Part shown: positions 52,438 to 64,000 of the stretch, piece after piece
Layout of the letters: each line of letters opens with the position of its first letter
How positions within the stretch are numbered: position 1 is the first letter of the stretch
Source of the DNA: Octopus vulgaris
Lineage: Eukaryota
DNA length: 64,000 nt
Assembly: GCA_951406725.2 (NCBI GenBank)
Contig: OX597826.1
Location: 56,420,001 to 56,484,000, forward strand
Reading direction: 5' to 3'
Notes under the pieces: model-generated
The model's input: the letters and a program-made list of their open reading frames with translations, nothing else
The model's database searches: none
Told to the model about the DNA's origin: nothing
Program-made: the position numbers and the translations under genes

Positions 52438-52650
52438 TTAATCCAAACAAGAAAACACAAAAACAAAAGAAACACAACAACGCAAGGACGTTGAACAAAT
52501 AAAGTATTATTGGACGCTCAGGAAAGAAGGAAAGAAGGAGGGTAAACGTTTCGAGCGGAGCTCTTCGTCGGAAACATAGGAGAAGGAAAGATCCAGAGAA
52601 GGGAAGACAGAGGAAAAAAAATCGCCAACGGTACACACGAGGTCACATTT
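52438..52650 (-). mobile_element. Possible Penelope-like terminal-repeat fragment with degenerate hammerhead-like motif
   Basis: Minus strand ccgacga-a-gagc(tcc)gctc-gaaacgtt at about 52545-52571, adjacent to (TA)n. Confidence 0.5.
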
Positions 52651-53132
52651 ATTTGTATATACAACTGTGTCTATCCTAGCAAAAACAAACAAAAAACCCC
52701 TACCACTACCAACTCGCTGACCACCAACACAAACACCAACACCACCACCATCACCCACCTCTATTTGTACCTCCACCTCCGTCTCCATCATATATGCATG
52801 TTTGCATGTGTATAGGTATCCTTGCATAAGTCTGCATATGTGTTGTGTATATGTGTGTATGTGTGTGTTGATATGTATATCCATCGGTGCATGTATGCAT
52901 GCATGTGGGTGAGTATGGCGGCATGATTTCGTGTGACTGTTGATGGATGTCCATCAGTACATGTACATCTATTGCAATGGAACAAGTGTTTCATGTAGGA
53001 AATCGTCACCAGAAGCAGCAGCAACAGCAGTACCAGCAGCAGCAACGGTAGTAGTAGTAGTAGTAGTGGTAGTAGAAACAGCAGCAGTAGCAAGAGCAGC
53101 AGCAGCACTACTAGTAGTAATAGTAGTGGTAT

Positions 53133-53178
<46 letters not shown>

Positions 53179-53893
53179 TATAGTAGAAACAGCAGCAGCA
53201 CTAGTAGTAGTTGTAGTAGTAGTAGTAGTGGTGGTGGTGGTGGTGGTGGCGGATGATGCAAATGTCTGTGTTAGCTGTGAGCAAGTCAGTGGTGATGCTA
53301 CTGGTTAAGGCGGCGAGCTGGCAGAATCGTTGGCACGCCGGGCGAAATGCGTAGCCATATTTCGTCTGCCGTTACGTTCTGAGTTTAAATTCCGCCGAGA
53401 TCGACTTTGCCTTTCATCCTTTCGGGATCGATAAATTAAGTACCAGTTATGCACTGGGGTCAATATAATCGATTTAATCCGTCTGTCTGTCCTTGTTTGT
53501 CCTCTCTGTGTTTAGCCCCTTGTGGGTAGTAAAGAAACAGGTATTGTTGGAGACAGTGGTTAAGTTAGAGATTGTAGTGGTAGTGGAAGTACAGGAGTAA
53601 AACATAACTGTGTTACTGGTGTGGAAGAAGTAGTAGTAGTAGTAGCAGTAGTAGTAGAAGAGTAACACCAGTAAGTTCCATCCCTCCTCTGAAGACTTCC
53701 TCTCCCACCTTGGAACCAGGAATTCCTGCCCCTCCTCGGACTTTTCCTTGAAGTTTTCCTCCCCCTTCACGGAACTTTCCAGGAAGTCCTCCCCCTCCTC
53801 GGACTTCTCCAGGAAGTTATTGCTTCCCTCCTCAGACATTTGCAGGAAGTCCTTCCTTCCCTTCCTCTGAAGTTTCCAGGATTTGTGTGTTGC

Positions 53894-53951
<58 letters not shown>

Positions 53952-53966
53952 CATCATCATTATTAT

Positions 53967-54512
53967 TGAGTGAGAGAGCAGTGCATGCCATCAAAGTGAC
54001 ACTGGGTTAAAATATACAAAGCCCAGTATACCCATCATGACTACCCGTCTGATAAGGGTACACCAGGTACATGCATTACAACCATATGTGTGCGACATAG
54101 TGATCTCATATCAAGATAAACAGCGCATGACCTTGCAAGTGGGGCCCAGCTAGAATTTTCTTCAGGTCGAGTAACCCATCCCACTCAAAAGGTCCCTGAA
54201 TAAGGATTGTTTAAGGATGATGAAATACCCATGTTTTCAGGAGTGAATTATTCAAACCTCAAAGAATTCCTCTCAACACATGGCTATGATGCTCTCCCTC
54301 TGCTTCTGCTCGTGATCAGAGATGCACATATCGTCAGCCACTAAGGGACATGGTCAACTGGTTAAGGTCAAACAACTGACAAGCAAATCTGTGGTATTGA
54401 GCAGAGTATTTGCTGTAGCCCATCTTTTATACCAAGACAAAACAATGTACATGATAACACCTCCGATCAGTTAAGATCAGAAGCCATGAGAGCCACTGTC
54501 TTGTACTGCATC

Positions 54513-54515
<3 letters not shown>
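53967..54515. mobile_element. Unclassified about 550-bp element embedded in (TAT)n, copy 1
   Basis: Collinear with 55752-56310, same boundaries, both ends in TAT arrays. Confidence 0.8.
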
Positions 54516-54566
<51 letters not shown>

Positions 54567-54584
54567 TTATTATTATTATCATTG

Positions 54585-54718
54585 ATTTGACTCACAATCT
54601 TTCAATAGTCTTTCAAGTGCTTAAGCACCTCCTGATAATTTTTCCCATCCCTAAGAAGCAAACTTTCTGTAAAATCTCCACAGAACATTGTATTCCAATC
54701 TCCTTTAACCAGTGGTCA
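54585..54718 (-). pseudogene. R4/Dong-like LINE extreme C-terminal fragment
   Basis: DHWLKEIGIQCSVEILQKVCFLGMGKIIRRCLST*, resembling the LQKxxLLGTAxILRxxL terminus. Flanked by TAT arrays. Confidence 0.7.
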
Positions 54719-54748
54719 ATATTATTATTATTATTGTTATTATTATTA

Positions 54749-55751
<1,003 letters not shown>

Positions 55752-55752
<1 letters not shown>

Positions 55753-56310
55753 GAGTGAGAGAGCAGTGCATGCCATCAAAGTGACACTGGGGTAAAATAT
55801 ACGAAGCCCAATATACCCATCATGACTACCCGTCTGATAAGGGTACACCAGGCACATGCATCACAACCATATGTGCATGACATGGTGATCTCATATCAAG
55901 ATAAACAGCACATGACCTTGCAGGTGGGGCCCAGTTAGAATTTTCTTCAGGTTGAGTAGCCCATCCTGCTCAAAAGGTCCCTGAATAAGGGTTGTTTAAG
56001 GATGTTGAAAGAACCACCCATGTTTCCAGAGGTGAATTATTCAAACCCCAAAGAATCCCTCTCAACACATGGCTATGATGCTCCCCCACTACTTCTGCTC
56101 GTGATCAGAGATGCACATATCGTCAGCCACTAAGGGACATGGTCAACTGGTTAAGGTCAAACAACTGACAAGCAAATCTGTGGTATTGAGCAGAATATTT
56201 GCTGTAGCCCATCTTTTATACCAAGACAAAACAATGTACATGATAACACTTCCAATCAGTTAAGATCAGAAGCCATGAGAGCCACTGCCTGGTACTGCAT
56301 CAGGGCATTT
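55752..56310. mobile_element. Unclassified about 550-bp element embedded in (TAT)n, copy 2
   Basis: Collinear with 53967-54515. Confidence 0.8.
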
Positions 56311-56345
56311 TATTATTATTATTATTATTATCATTATTATCATCA

Positions 56346-56406
<61 letters not shown>

Positions 56407-56420
56407 CATTATTATCATCA

Positions 56421-57470
<1,050 letters not shown>

Positions 57471-57512
57471 CTATTATTACTATTATTACTATTATTATGA
57501 TTATTATTATTA

Positions 57513-57548
<36 letters not shown>

Positions 57549-58965
57549 TTTATTATGATCATTATTTAAGGCAGCTAGCTGGCAGAACCATTAGCACGTT
57601 GGGTAAAATGCTTAGCAGCAGCAGCATTTTGTCTATCTTTCCATTTACATGCTGCCATGGTTGACTTCGACTTTCATCCTTTCTGGGTCAATAGAATAAA
57701 TACTAGTTGAGTACTGGGGTCGGTGAAACCTTTATTACTGTTGTTGCTGTTGTAGTGTTTTTTTTTTTTTATAGTAATGCTGCTACATCTCTGGGTGTTG
57801 TTTTATTATTTATTTTTTAATACTTTTGTTTTGTTGCATAGTGAAATCAAATGTTCTAGTGGTAAGAAGATTTTGGCTTATGGATTATAAGGTTGCAAAT
57901 TTGATTCCTGGATCAGACAGCATGTAACGTCCTTCAGCAAGACACTTCATTTCCCCTTTGCTTTAGAATATATGTACAACAGGCTTCTTTCAGTTTCTGT
58001 CAACCAATTCCACTCATAAGACTTTGGTCAGCCTGGAGCTACACTGGAATATATTTGCCCGGGGTGTTGCATAATAGGAGTGAACTTAAGACCACATGGT
58101 CAGGAAGCAAGTTTCTTACCTATACAGCCATGCCAGCACCTAAAGTCGGGTAAAAAGTTTCTATCAAGGATTTTCTTACATTGCTGTAAAACATGTACAG
58201 GCTGAGTGGTAGGCTTGCCTACCAGCCACATGGTTCTGGATTCAGTCTCACTGCATGCCATCTTGAGCATGTATCTTCTACTATAGCGTTGGGCCTTGTG
58301 AGTGAATTTGGTAGATGGAATCTAAAAGAAGCCCGTCATATATATATATATACATATATATATAGTGTGTGTGTGTTTTTGTGTCTGTGTTTGTCCCTCC
58401 ACCATCCCTTGACAACTGATGCTGGTGTGTTTACATCCCAATAACTTAGTGGTTTGGCATAAGAGACTGGTAGAATAAGTACTAGGCTTAAAAAGAATAA
58501 GTCCTGGGGTCAATTCGCTTGACTAAAGGTGGTGCTCCAGCATGGCTGCAGTCAAATGGTTGAAACAAATAAAAGAATGCAGTCCTCTCTCCTAGCAGTC
58601 ATGTCCTTAATATGACTTCTGGTTCAAAGTTGTGAAGTGCAAGACAGATTTTATTCCTGCTCTTGACTACACCAACACCTAAAACAAGTAGCAAACGCCT
58701 GGTACAAAGTACATGTCACTCATGAGTGACAGCTGTCTATACCATGAGTGACAGCTGTCTATATCATACTTTGCTCTCTAGGTGATCTATGGTTGTTGTC
58801 TATACACAAATAGTTCACAACACCTAAATAAAACTCTTTATTGATCACCTGGCCATATAGAATATACACATGATGAACAAAGCCCTTCTTGAAAAACAGA
58901 TGACCGGCAATGCCTTCATAGTTAAGTGACTCTAACATTCTCCTTTTCTCTCCTTTTTTTATCCT

Positions 58966-59170
58966 TCACAGTAACAGTTGCCATTTCTTTTTAATAGCAT
59001 AGCCATTCACCCATGTTTTTTCACCTACTGTAACATTTTTCAGTAAACTTTCATCACTATTTAAGCAATTAAACAGCTCTTGAATGATTTCATCTTGATG
59101 TTCTTTGCTTTTATCTGTCAGCAGAGACACTGCAATTTTGGCAGCAATACAGTACATCTTCAGTTTTTGT
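58966..59170 (-). pseudogene. Old mariner transposase fragment
   Basis: AAKIAVSLLTDKSKEHQDEIIQELFNCLNSDESLLKNVTVGEKTWVNGY, resembling AKxVPRLLTxxQK...IITGDETWVYGY. A related diverged segment lies at about 59640-59835. Confidence 0.7.
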
Positions 59171-59171
59171 T

Positions 59172-59500
59172 TATTTTTATTTTATTTTATTTAGTTTATT
59201 TAGTTTCAGCTCACAAGCTGTGGCCATGCTGGGGCACCGCCATTTGGTGTTGCTACATGATTTTACTTCACAAATGCTTTTTAGCAAATGCCATCTGGTG
59301 CATGAGAGAGTTTGATGCAGCTGCCCTCATCTGCACCTCCTGCCGTGAAGTTGGTTCATCTGGGACACCTGACAAGAAGAGATCCAGTTTCATTTTAAAG
59401 ACATCTGCATCCACCCCATGCAGGTCTCTTAGGTTCTTCGGGAGGATATTGAAGAGCTGTGGGCCTCGGAAGCCCAGGCTATCACAGTATCTTGTCCTAC
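59172..59500 (-). mobile_element. CR1-group (Zenon-like) LINE 3' end
   Basis: RTRYCDSLGFRGPQLFNILPKNLRDLHGVDADVFKMKLDLFLSGVPDEP...RAAASNSLMHQM, then a short 3' UTR and A-rich tail. Confidence 0.8.
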
Positions 59501-60555
59501 ATCTTATTTTAAAGATATTTCACACATGGTAACATATTTTTACAGGCACTCTCAGCTTTCTCATAGACTTTACAGAATGAATCAAGCAATGATTTTTGCA
59601 CAAATATTTGTTGCACTATATACACCCACATTTTGTCACCTGTTATGATATTTTCTGAAAGTTTCCAGCAGCAGTTGAACAATTAAACACCTCTAAACTG
59701 ACTTCAACCTGGTCTTCTTTTCTTTTTGTCTGTCAGCAAAAACAGCACAAATTTTACACCAACCTAATGCATTTTCAGTTTTGCTTTAAAAATTCGTGTC
59801 ACACATGGTAACAAACTTTTACAGGTGCTCTACTTCTTTAGAAATTTTACAGGAGTGGCTGTGTGGTAAGTAGCTTGCCTACCAACCACATGGTTCCGGG
59901 TTCAGTCCCACTGCGTGGCATCTTGGGCAAGTGTCTTCTGCTATAGCCCCGGGCCGACCAATGCCTTGTGAGTGGATTTGGTAGACGGAAACTGAAAGAG
60001 GCCTGTCGTATATATGTATATATATATATGTGTGTATGTGTATATGTTTGTGTGTCTGTGTTTGTCCCCCTAGCATTGCTTGACAACCGATGCTGGTGTG
60101 TTTACGTCCCCGTCACTTAACGGTTCGGCAAAAGAGAGACCGATAGAATAAGTACTAGGCTTACAAAAGAATAAGTCCCGGGGTCGATTTGCCCGACTAA
60201 AGGCGGTGCTCCAGCATGGCCGCAGTCAAATGACTGAAACAAGTAAAAGAGTAAAAAGAGTAAAGAGAGAGAGACTGTCAGGGAAAGATTTTTGCAGTGA
60301 TCACAGTGTATACTTTCAGAATTCCATTGTCATCCATTGCCATGGAATGAAATGTGATGATTTGGAGCAGATGTTTGGATGCAGATAATTTGGCACTCAG
60401 TCTCCTTTGCTGACTGTGGTTATTGGTGGGTGCTGGAGTCACAACACCCACACACAAACATGCATTCACACATGTGTACATACAAATACACGTAGACAGA
60501 TTTTAAAAAAAAGGGGAGAGAAAGTGAAGGAGAGAGAAGGGTAAAGAGAGAGACT

Positions 60556-60783
60556 TTAACCCTTTCGTTACCAACCCGGCTGAAACCGGCTCTGGCTCTG
60601 AGTACAAATGTCTTGTTTTTATAAGTTTTGAATTGAAATCTTCCACCAAACCTTAGTCACAGTTTATGTTCCTAACACTAGCTTAATGACAACCAAGTTA
60701 TTTTACTAAATTCATTGTTGTATTTATAGTAATTGAAAGAAATACAGAGCATCTCAAAATAAATGCGGTAACGAGAGGGTTAA
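60556..60783. mobile_element. piggyBac-like MITE
   Basis: TTAA-ccctttcgttacc ... ggtaacgagaggg-TTAA. Reverse complement of 35663-35891. Confidence 0.9.
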
Positions 60784-62470
60784 GATTTATTAATTGAACA
60801 CAATTGACATAAACACTTCTCCTCTCCTCATACACATAAAAAGAAAGAAAGAAAGAATGAGTGAAAAAAGAGAGCAAAGGAGTTAGGGAAGGAGGGAGAG
60901 AACAAGACAAGCATTGAAATGTCTGTTGTCAGATAAGTCAGCAACAAAGCAACAACACCATGTGGGCAGTGCCAACATAACTATGCCGAAGCATCCCACA
61001 TGTTTGGGATGATCTTTTGTATATGCTGTTTTGAAATGCTGGTACCATTCACGGCATTATGTATTCTTTTCTATTCTAGGCACAAGGCCCAAAATTTTTG
61101 GGGAGGGGCCAGTCGATTAGATCGACCCCCAATACACAAAAGGATGAAAGGATGAAAAGCAAGGTCAACCTCTCTCAGGAATTTGAACTCAGAACGTAAA
61201 GACAGATGAAATACTGCTGAACATTTTGCCCAGCGTGCTAACATTTCTGCCAGCCTGCCACCTTCATGGCATTATATATGGTTCAAAAAGGCAAACTCGT
61301 TAGTACACCAGGTGAAATGCTTAGTTGCATTTCGTTTACCACTACATTCTGAGTTCAAATTCTGCTGAGGTCGACTTTGCCTTTTATCGTTTGGGGGTTG
61401 ATAAATTAAGTACCAGTGAAACATTGGGGTCGATGTAATTGACTAGGCCCTTCCCAACAAATTTCATGCCTTGTGGCCTTTAGTAAAAAGGATTATATAG
61501 GGTCCCAACAATCATTTTCATAGACCTGCGGCAATGTAAGAAAATCTTTGATAGAAACTTTTTACCCGACTTTAGGTGCTGGCATGGCTGTGTAGGTAAG
61601 AAACTTGCTTCCTGACCATGTGGTCTTAAGTTCAGTTTCCTTATGCAACACCCTGGCCAAGAATATTCCAGTTTAGCTCCAGGCTGATCAAAGTCTTATG
61701 GTTGACAGAAACTGAAAGAAGCCTGTCATACATGTGTGTGTGTGTGTCTTTGTGTTTGTGTGCATGTGTGTGTGTGAGTGTGTGTTTGTGTGTGTTTGTG
61801 TTTGTCCACCACCACTGCTTGACAACCAGTGTAGGTCTACTTAGCTCCCCATTACTTAGCAGTTTGGCAAAAGAAGACCAATAGAATAAGTGCCAGGATT
61901 TACAGGTGGAGGTGGTGGTGGTGGTGGTGGTGGTGGTGGAGGTGTGGTGGTGGTAAAGGTGGTGGTGGAGGTAGTGGTGGTGGTGGTGGTGGTGGTGGTA
62001 GTGATAATGTTTTTGGTGGTGGTGGTGGTGGTGATGGTGGTAGTGGTGGTGGTAGCAGTGATGTTATTGTCGCTAGTGATAATTTGGTGATGATGATGGT
62101 TGGTGCTGTTTTTGTTGTTGTTGTTGTTGGTGGTGGTGGTATTGTTGGGGTGCTGCTGTTAATAATAATGCCTTCATTGTCATTGCTGTTGTTGTTGTTG
62201 TTGTTGTAGCAGTTATTGTTAACATGATTGATTCTGCTGACGCTGCTGTTGTTGATGGTGTTATTATCATTATCATTATTATTGTGGCTGTTGTTATTGC
62301 TGATGTTGTTGTTGTTGTTTAATGTTACTCAATTACTTCAATGTAATTCTTTAATAGTCTTCAGTAGTGACTGCTGCTGCTGTTTTTGTTGTGGTTGTTG
62401 TGGTTGCCATGCTGGTTGTTATGAATTTATTGTTGTTTTTTTGTGGTTTATTAGTGTTGAGCTTTTGTGC

Positions 62471-62507
<37 letters not shown>

Positions 62508-62589
62508 ATCATTTATTCTTTTTACTATTGATTAATGTTTGCAGTTCTGGTTGTAGTAATAACTGTCGTCGTCGTCATTGTTGCTGCTC

Positions 62590-63030
62590 GTGATGACGGC
62601 GATGATGCTGATGAGGATGATGATGAACATGACGATGATGATGATGATGATGATAATGATGATAATGATGATAATGATGATGATAATGATCATGACGATG
62701 ACGATGACGATGATAATGATGATGATAATAATAATGATGATAATGACGATGATGATGATGATGAAAACTATGATGATGATGATGACGATGACGATGATAA
62801 TGATCATGATGATGACGATGATGATGATAATGATGATGATAATAATAATGATGATAATGACGATGATAATGATGATGAAAACTATGATGAAGGTGATGAT
62901 GATGATGTTGATGATGATGATGAAGTTAATGAACATGACGATGATGATGATGATAATGATGATGATAATAATAATGAGGATAATGACGATGATGATGATG
63001 AAAACTATGATGACGGTGATGATGATGATG

Positions 63031-63077
<47 letters not shown>

Positions 63078-63235
63078 AATGACGATGATAATGATGATGA
63101 CGATGATGATGACGATGATAATGACGATGATGATGATGAAAACTATGATGACAGTGATGATGAAGATGACGGTGAGAATGATGATGATGATGTTACTGCT
63201 GCTGCTGCTGAGCATGATGATGATGTTGATGATGG
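62590..63235. repeat. (GAT/GAC/AAT) trinucleotide array with about 120-bp higher-order repeat
   Basis: gatgaaaactatgatga recurs four times (near 62760, 62875, 63000 and 63135). Confidence 0.9.
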
Positions 63236-64000
63236 GGGTTGTGGTGGGGGGGGGGGTAGTGGTGGTGATGATGATGATGCCATTGTTGAACTTTTATTAA
63301 TAATGTCTGCAAAAATTATCTTGCTAATATGAACATTGGTTGAACAAATCACCTTCACCCGTCCCCCAATTTTTCCCCAACCCTTTCCCCTCGTCGTTTC
63401 CATTCTCTTCTGCGTCTGTCTTTCCTCATTTTCCTCTTCCCATCACCTCTCTCTCTCTCTTTCTCTCTTTCTCTCTCTGTCTTTTCTTCATGTCTGTCCT
63501 ATATAATAACTTGAATATCACTACCAAGGAAATCAAATGAGTGAAGCTGTGATGGTAGAAAGGTGATGGTTATGGTGGTTGTAGTGATGGTGTTAGTTGT
63601 GATTGTGGTTGTGGTGGTGGCGGTGGTGGTGGTGATGGTGGTAGTGGTGGTGGTAGTAGTTGTGATGGTGGTAGTAGTTATGATGGTAGTGGTGTGGTGT
63701 TATTGTTGTTTGTGGTGGTAGTGGTAGTTATAATGGTGATGGTGGTAGTGACAATGGTGCTAGTGGTGGTGGTGATAGTAATGGTGGTTGGTGGTGGTGG
63801 GTCGTGGAGGTGGTGGTGGTCGTCATCGTCATAGTTGTTGTTATTGTCTTTGTTGTGGTAAAATCAAGGCTGCAAATTAGAGTGGTAAGAGGTATGGCAG
63901 TGGTAAGGTGGTACAAGTAAAGTGGTTGAAGGGGGAGGGAGGGAAGTAGTGGTGGGGGTGGCAATAGTCCTTGTTATTGCAGTGGTGGTGGTGGTGGTGG

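Noticed and set aside
58714-58765. 22-bp direct repeat overlapping palindrome tgtcactcatgagtgaca
   Set aside because: Too short, and consistent with local slippage with no supporting context.
59080-59532. 150-aa plus-strand ORF
   Set aside because: Antisense reading of mariner and LINE fragments.

Overview
AT-rich eukaryotic genomic DNA, probably a coleoid cephalopod such as Octopus (inferred from repeat content only). Most of the window is di-, tri- and tetranucleotide microsatellites plus several SINE families, and nearly all ORFs in the supplied track are microsatellite translations. Recognisable decayed transposons: mariner and DD37D (maT) transposase relics, several MITEs (TA, TTAA and 8-bp target duplications), and Tx1/L1, CR1-group, RTE and R4/Dong-type LINE fragments, the last confined to (TAA)n arrays. 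No intact host gene can be established; the best candidate is a minus-strand terminal exon at 28320-28518 followed by a repeat-free putative 3' UTR. Most notable signals: a minimal type-I hammerhead-ribozyme-like motif with a reciprocal G3-C8 core swap inside an 86-bp-arm inverted repeat (24481-24668), further degenerate hammerhead-like motifs, a LINE/SINE pair sharing a covarying 3' hairpin, many long fold-back palindromes, a SINE-internal 66-bp VNTR, and a tandem duplication whose divergence concentrates in a 30-nt AG..GT-bounded block. All alignments and folds were done by eye; nothing was searched or computed.
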